Part shown: one piece after another, positions 48,360 to 57,276 of the stretch
Layout of the letters: each line of letters starts with the position of its first letter
Numbering within the stretch: position 1 is the first letter of the stretch
Origin: Opitutaceae bacterium
Lineage (GTDB): Bacteria; Verrucomicrobiota; Verrucomicrobiia; Opitutales; Coraliomargaritaceae
Assembly (NCBI GenBank): GCA_051252375.1
Contig: JBPOFY010000010.1
Location: 32,001 to 96,000 of the forward strand
Direction of reading: 5' to 3'
Length of the DNA: 64,000 bases
Notes under the pieces: generated by a model
What the model was told of the DNA's origin: nothing
Seen by the model: the letters and a program-made list of their open reading frames with translations, nothing else
Database searches by the model: none
Translations under genes and position numbers: made by a program

Positions 48360-49331
48360 TTAATCTTGGATTTCGAAACGTTGGATGAATGGAAGAAAGC
48401 CCTTTTCCTTGCCGATATGAACGCCCCATTCGATTTGGGAACCTGCACCATTATCCGTAAACGCTTCTGGACGATAAGCGCCAGACGCATGGGGGACGTT
48501 GATCACATTATGGGTTTTCCTAAAATGGATACCGTCATCCGAATAGACGAGAGATTTCACCCAATCTTTAGGACCGACAGTGCCAATCAACGCGGCCACA
48601 CCATCGCCTTCTGGCCAGACGAGCACTTCGTGGTTTCCTGGAATGATTGGACTATTAGGATGCTTGATGTAGGGACCCTCCGGCTTATCAGCAATCGCAA
48701 GTCCCAACTGCGTCTGGGAAGGGCTTTTACCCAATTGGCGACCTTTGTAGTAAAACCAGTATTTGCCTTCGCGTTTGATCAAGCAGGCGTCGTCAATTAA
48801 ATGACTATCGAAGTCCTTAGGATTTTGACTATTCTTGAGCGCTGGATTGGTCGCCAAGCGCTCCCATGGACCGTCTGGTGAATCTGATACTGCGATACCA
48901 ATTTTTGAGTCTGGTTTAACTTTTGGTTTTTTAGAAATTCCAGTATAGAACAACCAATACTTCCCCTCCGCCACGAGCATGTTTGGAGTGAACACACTGG
49001 CCTCATCCCATACGCCGCTACCCGCTTCACCTTTTGGGAGTGCCATGCCCTTTTCCGTCCATACATAACCATCCTCAGAAGTCGCATACCATACAGTGGC
49101 ATCGTAACCACTCGACTTGGGACCTTTTGAATACCAGACGTAATACAAGTCGCCGACCTTGATAACATCACTCGGATCACGACGCATAACTCCTTTTTCT
49201 GCTCCAATGCCTTCCGCATTTGAAAAAGTAATGCTTACTTCGAGATAGGCTTCGCCCATGCTTACAGTGGGGGCTGTCAATACGCCAAGAAGCGCAATAT
49301 AGAGAACGCTGCGGGATAGTGTTATTTTCAT
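48360..49331 (-). CDS. GH117-like glycoside hydrolase, secreted (paralog of 44820-45815)
   Basis: Same RRDPSDVIK, DSHLIDDACL and GNHEV motifs. Confidence 0.8.
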   Translation of the reverse strand: MKITLSRSVLYIALLGVLTAPTVSMGEAYLEVSITFSNAEGIGAEKGVMRRDPSDVIKVGDLYYVWYSKGPKSSGYDATVWYATSEDGYVWTEKGMALPKGEAGSGVWDEASVFTPNMLVAEGKYWLFYTGISKKPKVKPDSKIGIAVSDSPDGPWERLATNPALKNSQNPKDFDSHLIDDACLIKREGKYWFYYKGRQLGKSPSQTQLGLAIADKPEGPYIKHPNSPIIPGNHEVLVWPEGDGVAALIGTVGPKDWVKSLVYSDDGIHFRKTHNVINVPHASGAYRPEAFTDNGAGSQIEWGVHIGKEKGFLPFIQRFEIQD

Positions 49332-49503
49332 GTTATTCAGAATACTATTTTATATGAATTCGTGTGATCGCTAGAGTATATCTTCCTAGCTTCTAAAGTG
49401 ACATCACATGTTTACGTGAATATTCTGTGCAATCTCCATTAATAGCAATAGACGCTACTCTAAGCAGCAGCCCGAATATTATCATACAAACGCGCACAAG
49501 ACT

Positions 49504-49521
49504 ATAACTGGAATAAGGTAG
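49504..49521. promoter_or_regulatory. Candidate response-regulator operator in the divergent promoter region
   Basis: ATAACT-GGAATA-AGGTAG; between the glycan operon (start 49331) and the response regulator (start 49614). Confidence 0.5.
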
Positions 49522-49613
49522 TTCGCATAAAAAATGAAATTATCGAACTACAATAGAGCCCGCTAGATAGCAATTTACTTGTCCCTGCCCCCGCAACTGA
49601 CAGCATCGTTACC

Positions 49614-50270
49614 ATGCAATCCACCCCACCTGCTAAAACAATTCGTATTTGCATTATCGAGGATCATACCGATTTCCGAAAAACACTGATCGCCGCCATC
49701 GACTCTACAGAGACTCTTACCTGTGAGGCTTCTTTTTCAAATGCCGAAGATGCATTCGAATACTTCAAATCAAATCCTAAGCCCGACGTCTTAGTCCTGG
49801 ATCTAGGTTTACCGGGAATCGATGGCATTGAAGCGATCCCCCAGTTTTGCGAACTCTCTTCGGAAATGAAAGTGCTCGTCCTGACCGTTTTTGAAAATAA
49901 AACACGTGTCTTCCAAGCGCTGGGCGCAGGCGCATCCGGATACCTCATGAAGTCTTCCGGTCTCAAATCGATCGTGCAAGGTATCGAAGATGCATACAAT
50001 GGCATTGCCCCCCTCAGTTCTGAAATTGCGCAGATGGTCTTTGCCACGTTTAAGGCGTTCAAGCCCGCTACACCGGAAGCCGACATTTCCGGACGCGAGG
50101 CTGAAATACTCAAACAGTTAGCAGAGGGTGATACACGCATTGCTATCTCAGAGACCTTGCAGGTGAGTCGACATACCGTCGATAGTCACATCCGCAACAT
50201 CTACCGTAAGCTACAAGTGCACAATGTATCCGGCGCCATTAAGAAAGCCGCCGAGATGCATATTATATAA
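49614..50270 (+). CDS. NarL/FixJ-family response regulator (REC plus LuxR HTH)
   Basis: IIEDH, VLDLGLPGIDG, GASGYLMK, ISGREAEIL...TVDSHIRNIYRKLQV. Confidence 0.95.
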   Translation: MQSTPPAKTIRICIIEDHTDFRKTLIAAIDSTETLTCEASFSNAEDAFEYFKSNPKPDVLVLDLGLPGIDGIEAIPQFCELSSEMKVLVLTVFENKTRVFQALGAGASGYLMKSSGLKSIVQGIEDAYNGIAPLSSEIAQMVFATFKAFKPATPEADISGREAEILKQLAEGDTRIAISETLQVSRHTVDSHIRNIYRKLQVHNVSGAIKKAAEMHII

Positions 50271-50277
50271 ATTACTG

Positions 50278-53067
50278 ATGCGATGCCAATGGATGTATTG
50301 CCGTATTATCGATAGATCCATCTATCGGGCTTCTAAGGCAAAGCGCATCGCCTGCGCATTTCTAACACTCCTCTGCGCAAGCTACCTCTACGCAATCGAA
50401 GGCATCGACGTAGAGACCGGTGGCTCGTGGCGTGATGCTTCGGTTAAAAAACCTTGGTCATACAATGGTCAGAATGTATATGGCACTGCTGGCTACTATC
50501 TCTTTAATGTCACTGAACCAGGCGGCACCCGAGCAGCCAACAGACCTGCCGATGAAGGATTGAAGGTCTCGTTGCCTGCCTACATTGAAACAGTGACCCC
50601 AATCGAAGGTGGTTATACCGCGCACTCTTTCGATTATCTCTTAATCGATTCTCCCGACGGACAAGGGCAAGTTGAGTCCGGACTCTTTGCGGTTGCGCCG
50701 GAGATGGCACAACAACCGGTTGATATCATTCAAATCAAACTCGGTGCCATTCCAAAGCTCTACGGCTTTAGACTCGGTATATTGATCGCCAATGCCGAGC
50801 GCACGAATTTATCGCCCGCAGAAATAACATTAAGGCGTGCCGACAACAGTTGGAACCGAAGCATCACCAATCTGCCACAAAGCAAGGACGGCGTATGGGT
50901 CTTTTTCACCGTTCCTGCAAAACATGCAGGCAAAACGCTGATTCTCTCAGTCAAATCTCGCGAAAGATCTCCCGTCACAATTGGCGGTCTCATCTTTGAT
51001 GATCTTACTGTAGCGCCTGAAGCATTCGCCTTGGGCGTAACTACCAACGACCCAGTCACTAGAAATGGTAATGTCACTTGGATCAGTCAGGTTGATCCCG
51101 TTAAAAATGGCGATGACTCTGAGTCGACTGAACCATGGGAGCATAAGCTAGCAATGAGCTTGATGAACACTTACAGGCAGAACACTGAGCGACTAGAAGT
51201 GATCGCCGATGAAATCAATCAATTGCCCACTCCTTACACAGGCGAACCGACTGGCACTGGTGGATATATGACGAAATGGATCGAGTCACGAAATAATGAG
51301 ATCAAAATCCACTTCAATTGGGATGAAGAAGTCGACATCGACGCGGTCGCTCTTTTCCCGCTCCGGCTCTTTCTTGCTGATGAAAACGGTCTAACAGATA
51401 ATGCTTATTGGCCTGGCGATATTACTATTCAATCGGTCCACCAGGATGAACGACACTTACTGGCACGGCTAGTGAATACACAGGATACGATCAAGCAGTC
51501 TTTACCCGAATTCGTTAGCTTCGAACCGATCAAAACTTATCATCTCGAATTTACGATTACCGACCTAAGCAAGCGCATCGGCAACAATCAATATGCCGCA
51601 GGGTTTTCCGAAATTGGTATTTTTTCTAAGCAAGAGAACATCACCCCGAGGGCGAAGTTACGAACCAGCAACTCACGAGAAGGTTACCGCATCTATTCAA
51701 GAGAATATTTAATCGACGGTCAGACACCATTGGGTCTACCCGAGATTGGGCCACGAACCAGCGGTAGCCTAGGACTTACAATACGCCAACCAAATCGAGT
51801 CCCCAAAAAACCGATTAACATTGTTCTCAACTTAACGGAGAAAACAAAAATTGACGAAGTGCGATTAGATCCCGCCATCATCTATAAGCCCGGGCAAGCC
51901 TTCCCCGTGCGATTTTCAGTAGAACTACTGGACGAGAAAAAACAAGTGCTGCAGAGCGACGACCGCTTCAAAGATAAGCCGCTGCGAAACCTGGGGCTGA
52001 ATCCATACACTAGCATTTTCACAGAAGTAGAGGCGACGCATGTCCGTATTCGTATCTACGAAGTGTCGATGCCGAACATACAATCAACACCTTGGATTCA
52101 GATCAGCGAAATCACCCCAATGTTCGATGGCATACCGATAAAAACAGTAAAGGACATCACGTCGCCAATGAACAAAAAAAGCCAACGGGCAGTGGGGATT
52201 ACGGACCCATCAGGACTACAACTCTATTGGTCAGCTAAATCAGCGCATGACGGGCACACTCAATCAGGAAAGCTTTTAACGCTACGCGACTGGGTAGAAG
52301 GTCTGCACAAACGACAACAACTACTCGAAGAACAACTAGAACTAGAGAATGCAAACATTGGAGCTCAGAATAGTATACGAACTCGATCCCTATGGGCCGT
52401 CACCATTACATTTCTGATGGTTTTAATCGGATCAATCTACATCATCATTCACTACAAAGTGAAAGCTCGTCGGGAGCTTAGAAATGCTCGAGAGCGCATT
52501 GCCAGTGACCTGCATGATGACGTCGGCAGTAACCTTGGCACAATCACACTCCATGCGGAATACCTACTAGATCACGTCGAAGAGACAGGACTACAGGAAC
52601 GACTCAAAGCCATCTTCAAACTGGCCTATGAAAGCACTTACGGTCTACGGGAAGTCTTACATACTTCTGCACCCAGAATTGGGCGCGCTCAGAACATACT
52701 TGGTTTCATGCAGGAGCTGGCAGCCATCGTCCTACCGGATACCGAAAAACACATTGAGTTAGACCAGTCGATCCGTGGCATGCTGACGAATCCAGAAGTC
52801 CGCAAGGGCCTCCTACTCTACTACAAAGAAGCGATCACAAATATCCAATCACACGCACAGTGCAGCAATGTATTCATTTCGATGAAAAGAACCGATTACG
52901 GAATCGAGCTAATCATCAAAGATGACGGAATCGGCATGAGCCAAGATATAACGTCCAAAGATATCACCCTACGCACCTTGAAGCTTCGAGCAAAAGAACT
53001 CGGGTCATTGGAAATTCACTCTAAAGAAGGTGAAGGCACCGAGCTCATCCTAAGAGTGAGTGTTTGA
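50278..53067 (+). CDS. Sensor histidine kinase (HisKA_3 type) with a large extracytoplasmic region
   Basis: Signal/transmembrane segment, extracellular beta-sandwich (discoidin-like) domains, a transmembrane helix, RIASDLHDDVGSNL H-box, KDDGIG and GEGT ATPase motifs. Start is ATG 50278 or 50293 rather than 50224. Confidence 0.92.
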   Translation: MRCQWMYCRIIDRSIYRASKAKRIACAFLTLLCASYLYAIEGIDVETGGSWRDASVKKPWSYNGQNVYGTAGYYLFNVTEPGGTRAANRPADEGLKVSLPAYIETVTPIEGGYTAHSFDYLLIDSPDGQGQVESGLFAVAPEMAQQPVDIIQIKLGAIPKLYGFRLGILIANAERTNLSPAEITLRRADNSWNRSITNLPQSKDGVWVFFTVPAKHAGKTLILSVKSRERSPVTIGGLIFDDLTVAPEAFALGVTTNDPVTRNGNVTWISQVDPVKNGDDSESTEPWEHKLAMSLMNTYRQNTERLEVIADEINQLPTPYTGEPTGTGGYMTKWIESRNNEIKIHFNWDEEVDIDAVALFPLRLFLADENGLTDNAYWPGDITIQSVHQDERHLLARLVNTQDTIKQSLPEFVSFEPIKTYHLEFTITDLSKRIGNNQYAAGFSEIGIFSKQENITPRAKLRTSNSREGYRIYSREYLIDGQTPLGLPEIGPRTSGSLGLTIRQPNRVPKKPINIVLNLTEKTKIDEVRLDPAIIYKPGQAFPVRFSVELLDEKKQVLQSDDRFKDKPLRNLGLNPYTSIFTEVEATHVRIRIYEVSMPNIQSTPWIQISEITPMFDGIPIKTVKDITSPMNKKSQRAVGITDPSGLQLYWSAKSAHDGHTQSGKLLTLRDWVEGLHKRQQLLEEQLELENANIGAQNSIRTRSLWAVTITFLMVLIGSIYIIIHYKVKARRELRNARERIASDLHDDVGSNLGTITLHAEYLLDHVEETGLQERLKAIFKLAYESTYGLREVLHTSAPRIGRAQNILGFMQELAAIVLPDTEKHIELDQSIRGMLTNPEVRKGLLLYYKEAITNIQSHAQCSNVFISMKRTDYGIELIIKDDGIGMSQDITSKDITLRTLKLRAKELGSLEIHSKEGEGTELILRVSV

Positions 53068-53154
53068 TCAAAGCGACGAACGACAGGACCAAGCTTTGTG
53101 TGACTGAGCAATGACTTATCGTCGGATGATACATTCAACACCTAGAAAACGAAA

Positions 53155-53183
53155 ATGCCCCCAAGCCATTGGCTTGGGGGCAT
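53155..53183 (-). terminator. Intrinsic terminator of the SSS transporter gene
   Basis: Perfect inverted repeat ATGCCCCCAAGCCA-T-TGGCTTGGGGGCAT followed by a T-rich tail on the minus strand. Confidence 0.8.
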
Positions 53184-53243
53184 GATTATCAAAAGTAATT
53201 GTAGCACCTTGGAACGTGAAACACGTCACAAGTTGCATTCACA

Positions 53244-54869
53244 TTATCCTGCGAAAGATGCGTAGATTGCGATCACCACAACGACGAGAATCAAACTGGC
53301 AACCTTAGCGCCCTTCCATGGAGTCATGTCGATTGGAGTATCGGTCTCAAGTGTCCAAGCAGTTTCGCGAGGCTTAACCGCTGCCCAGACGAGCATGATG
53401 AGAACCAACAGAGCGAAGACGAAGCCGAGGAAGTGGAAGTTGTAGAGGAAGATCTTGTCGACAGCCTCGTCGAGTCCGGGAACGAAGTATTTCACAGCCA
53501 GCATCACTAGACCGATAAGAAGTGCGGTGAAAGCAGCCACACTTGGCACGCGTGAATGCAGCATACCGACAACCACCACCGAGAAAATCGGGATGAAGTA
53601 AATGCCGTTCATCTTTTGCAAGTAACCGAAAATACTGTCCTGACCAGCGAGCAGCGGAGCTACAAACATGGCAGCGATCGCGATGGTCACCACGAAGATC
53701 TTGGCAGCACGCATGGTCGATGCCTCACTCGCGTTTGGACTGATCATGTGCTTGTAGAAACCGATACTAAACAGCGCGGACGTGCTGTTCAGGGCGGCAT
53801 TGAAAGAGCTCAAAATCGCACCAACCATCACCGCGGCGAAGAAACCAGTAAGTTGTGGCGGTAGAACTTCACGCACCAATGTGCCATAAGCTTGGTCGTT
53901 TGTAATGCCATCTGCAGCAAACAGGTGGAATGCGATGATACCAGGAAGAACGAGGTAGATCGGTCCGAGCAATTTAAGCGCACCGGTTAACAAAACACCC
54001 TTTTGGCCTTCAGCCAGGCTACTGGCACCAAAAGTTCTTTGGATGATTTGCTGGTTCGTGCACCAGTAGAAAAGATTCAACAGCGCCACACCGGTAAAGA
54101 GTGTGCTGAACGGCACGCTGGTATCGCTTGTGCCGATAGAATTCAAACGCTCAGGGTTGGCCTCTTTTAGAATGCTCCAACCTTCGAGGATGCCTTGACC
54201 GTCACTCACACGATCCAAAGCGAACCATGCAATCATGAAACCGCCGATTAGGAGGCCAATGCCGTTAATCGTATCCAAAACCGCGAGAGTTTTAAGACCA
54301 CCAAAACGCGTGTAAATACCACCCATGATACCGATCAAGAAAACGGTGAGCCATAGAATGACTGTATCCGGATCATGCATCGTGCCCAAGAACGATACAG
54401 GCTCGGTGATTCCCGTGAGGGTTTTCAAGTCGAGCATCACAGAAAGTCCAACTGCACCACTATAGAGAATGATCGGGATCAGCAAAAACGCATACGCTAG
54501 GAGGAAGACCATATTGGTCAGGCTCTGTGTGCGCTTATCAAAGCGGTTTTCCAAGAACTGAGGCACTGTTGTGATACCTGCCTTAAGGAACTTCGGAAGG
54601 AAGAACAAGGCCATCAAAACGAGCGCGATAACAGCAACCACTTCCCACGCCATCACAGCGAGACCGTCCTTAAAGGCGGCACCGTTGAGACCAACCATTT
54701 GCTCGGTTGATAGATTCGTCAAAAGCAACGAACCTGCAATAACAGGAAAGGTCAGCGAGCGTCCACCGAGAAAGAAGCCCGTAGAAGAGCTGTTTTCCGA
54801 TTTACGGGTTATCATAAATGTGACAACCGCTGCAAAGATAGTGAAACCTAAGAAAGATAGGAGAACCAT
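53244..54869 (-). CDS. Sodium:solute symporter (SSS, YidK-like sugar transporter)
   Basis: GFFLGGRSL, SLLLTNLSTEQMVGLNG, YWCTNQQIIQR; many transmembrane helices. Confidence 0.93.
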   Translation of the reverse strand: MVLLSFLGFTIFAAVVTFMITRKSENSSSTGFFLGGRSLTFPVIAGSLLLTNLSTEQMVGLNGAAFKDGLAVMAWEVVAVIALVLMALFFLPKFLKAGITTVPQFLENRFDKRTQSLTNMVFLLAYAFLLIPIILYSGAVGLSVMLDLKTLTGITEPVSFLGTMHDPDTVILWLTVFLIGIMGGIYTRFGGLKTLAVLDTINGIGLLIGGFMIAWFALDRVSDGQGILEGWSILKEANPERLNSIGTSDTSVPFSTLFTGVALLNLFYWCTNQQIIQRTFGASSLAEGQKGVLLTGALKLLGPIYLVLPGIIAFHLFAADGITNDQAYGTLVREVLPPQLTGFFAAVMVGAILSSFNAALNSTSALFSIGFYKHMISPNASEASTMRAAKIFVVTIAIAAMFVAPLLAGQDSIFGYLQKMNGIYFIPIFSVVVVGMLHSRVPSVAAFTALLIGLVMLAVKYFVPGLDEAVDKIFLYNFHFLGFVFALLVLIMLVWAAVKPRETAWTLETDTPIDMTPWKGAKVASLILVVVVIAIYASFAG

Positions 54870-55118
54870 AATGAGTGGGGGGTTATAATTTCGTTAACAA
54901 TAGGATAGAAAACAGAAGCACTCACTGGTTAAAAGTGAGACGCGCCGATTTAGTGAGAGATATTAACTAATAGCAAACCATTCCTCCGCCCCACTTTATG
55001 TGAAGCGATGTAAAAAGGTTCACCACCTGCAAATCGTAAAGTTAGCAGAATAGCTCTTGGAAATTAAGCCACAATCGTTTTTATTTTTTAAGAAATCGGG
55101 TCAAACTCATTTCCTGCA

Positions 55119-56258
55119 ATGAAACGTATCGCCATTCTAGTAGAAACATCGCTCGCCTCCGGACGCCAAATATTAACGGGCATCTCGAAGTTTTTGGATG
55201 AAGGCTCTGACTGGTCCGCCTATCAGTGCTTAGGCTCTCTTGGAGCAATGAATACTGAGTTGATACGCAATTGGGAAGGCGACGGCATCATCGCTCGAAT
55301 TGATAATGAAGAACTTCTCGAAATGATCCAACGCAAGGGCGTCCCCACGGTCGACGTCCTAGGCAACGTGGCGCAAGAGCAATTCCCACTCGTCAAATGC
55401 AATGACCGAGCAATTGGCTCGGCGGTAGCCAAGCACTTCATCGAAAATGCACACTACAACTTCGCATATATTGGGCTGAGCAATGAGCGGTGGTCTCTTG
55501 AGCGCGAGGAAGGCTTTAGGCAGGTGATCCATGCGCAGGGAAACGAAGTGTCCACTTTTCACTTTGAACAGCGCCAGATGGAGAAAATTTTCACGGGTAA
55601 TGAATTCGATGATCTCCGAAAGTGGCTGGTCAGTTTAAACACCCCGGTGGCGATCATGGTCGCCAGTGATCAATTTGCTCAATTGATCTTCGAGACCTGC
55701 CAACAGTTGGACCTAGCAATACCCGAAGATGTCTGTGTAGTCGGCGTGGATAACGACCGCCCTTTTAGTAATCTATGTCGTCCGCGCTTAAGCAGCGTCG
55801 AACCGGACCATGTGCAGATCGGCTATCTCGCGGCAAAGACGCTGGATTCAATGATCTCGAACAAGCAACCGGATCAGCGAGTCATCGAAATCGATACCTA
55901 CACACTACACCGAAGACAATCGAGTGAGCTGATTGCACTCGACGATGCTTCAATTGTCCAGGCACTCAAATACATACGATTACACGCGTCCGAATCGCCG
56001 AGTATTAATACCATCGCCGAAGTATCGGGTCTTTCACGAACGATCCTGCAACGTCGCTTTCGCGACAAAATCGGACGAACTGTTGGCGACACCGTGCTGA
56101 GCGAGAAGCTTCGTTTGGCCCGCGAAATGTTAAAGCACACCAACCTCCCGCTCTCGATTGTTGCGGAACGCAGCGGCTTCAACTCGCAAGAATATATGAA
56201 CCACATATTCAAGACACACTTGAAAACCACACCGAGGAAATATCGCCTGCAGGGTTAA
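55119..56258 (+). CDS. XylR-type transcriptional regulator (periplasmic-binding-protein-like domain plus AraC HTH)
   Basis: WEGDGIIARI, IPEDVCVVGVDND, LSSV, C-terminal AraC HTH. Confidence 0.9.
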   Translation: MKRIAILVETSLASGRQILTGISKFLDEGSDWSAYQCLGSLGAMNTELIRNWEGDGIIARIDNEELLEMIQRKGVPTVDVLGNVAQEQFPLVKCNDRAIGSAVAKHFIENAHYNFAYIGLSNERWSLEREEGFRQVIHAQGNEVSTFHFEQRQMEKIFTGNEFDDLRKWLVSLNTPVAIMVASDQFAQLIFETCQQLDLAIPEDVCVVGVDNDRPFSNLCRPRLSSVEPDHVQIGYLAAKTLDSMISNKQPDQRVIEIDTYTLHRRQSSELIALDDASIVQALKYIRLHASESPSINTIAEVSGLSRTILQRRFRDKIGRTVGDTVLSEKLRLAREMLKHTNLPLSIVAERSGFNSQEYMNHIFKTHLKTTPRKYRLQG

Positions 56259-56259
56259 C

Positions 56260-57099
56260 TTACTTCAGGAAGTCGATCAATGCCGCCCCAAAACTATGGG
56301 GTGAAACATGCCCACTCGGTCCTTTCGACTGAGCCAGCTCGATAATACGGGGATGCGCATTCGCCGGGCAAATGACTTGCTCAAAGGTTTCGAAAATAGA
56401 CAGATCGTTCAGATAGTCGCCCATTGCTAAGGCATCTGTAAGGTCAATTTTCAAGTGAGCCGACAGTAATGTAATACCGTCCATCTTGGTAATCTCCGGC
56501 AAGACATCGATGAAGCTGTCGGAGCGACAAAACTCAAGTTGTGCAAATGCCTCCGCCGATAGACTTTCGCGAGCGAGTGTTTCGATCGCCGCCTGCACTG
56601 TTGCAGGCTCTGCATTCGCAGGAAAATCAAAAGAGAGATTACAGTCCTTTTCCAAGCGTGCCATATTGCCACCAAAGATAGCCTCCATAGCAGCTTGCCC
56701 CTCCGCATCATACCAACTGAGGAGTTGCTCCATGGTATCGAGATTCGCGTAACGTTTAGCTAAATCCGGCAGACCACAATCGGTGGCCATTTGCACAAGG
56801 TCCAGGTTTCGATCTTCAACACGATCGTAAATCACGGATGCGTGCTCGAGTAAGAAGTAGCGCAGTTTAGGCGTCTTCAAATACTTGGCAAAATTTTGGC
56901 AAATCGGCCAGAAGCGACCAGTGTTGATCACAAAATGCTCCAAATGTGAGGCATCCACCGCACCATCAATCGCTTGAAGCATCGCAATCTGATTAGCCGA
57001 AGGCTCCCAACTGGCATCAGCTCCGAAGCCTTCACCGTCTTCAGGATTCAAGCATCCATCGACGTCTTGGAAGAGTATTTTGATCTGCTCAAGTTTCAT
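56260..57099 (-). CDS. HAD-superfamily (Cof/IIB-like) hydrolase
   Basis: DVDGCL motif I, NTGR, K...MGDYLND. Confidence 0.85.
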   Translation of the reverse strand: MKLEQIKILFQDVDGCLNPEDGEGFGADASWEPSANQIAMLQAIDGAVDASHLEHFVINTGRFWPICQNFAKYLKTPKLRYFLLEHASVIYDRVEDRNLDLVQMATDCGLPDLAKRYANLDTMEQLLSWYDAEGQAAMEAIFGGNMARLEKDCNLSFDFPANAEPATVQAAIETLARESLSAEAFAQLEFCRSDSFIDVLPEITKMDGITLLSAHLKIDLTDALAMGDYLNDLSIFETFEQVICPANAHPRIIELAQSKGPSGHVSPHSFGAALIDFLK

Positions 57100-57276
57100 G
57101 ACATCAAACGGACTAAAGCAGATACTCCTGAGCCGCTATCTTTAATTCGAAAACCCCAATATTTGAGCGCATGAAAACTCGTGAAGCAAAAGCGCCCTGC
57201 TCCACGAGTTAGTTCACACACACAATAAAATTCTAACAACTGATAGCCTCAATTCAGTAGCCGTCTAAAAAGTCCC

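Noticed and set aside
44820..49331. Calling the locus an agarose-utilisation locus
   Set aside because: No endo-agarase (GH16/50/86) or anhydrogalactose catabolic genes are recognisable in the window, so the substrate cannot be assigned.
50224..50277. Track start of the histidine kinase (similarly 7902, 15923 and 31023 for other genes)
   Set aside because: These upstream starts overlap neighbours or bury signal peptides; downstream ATGs fit better.
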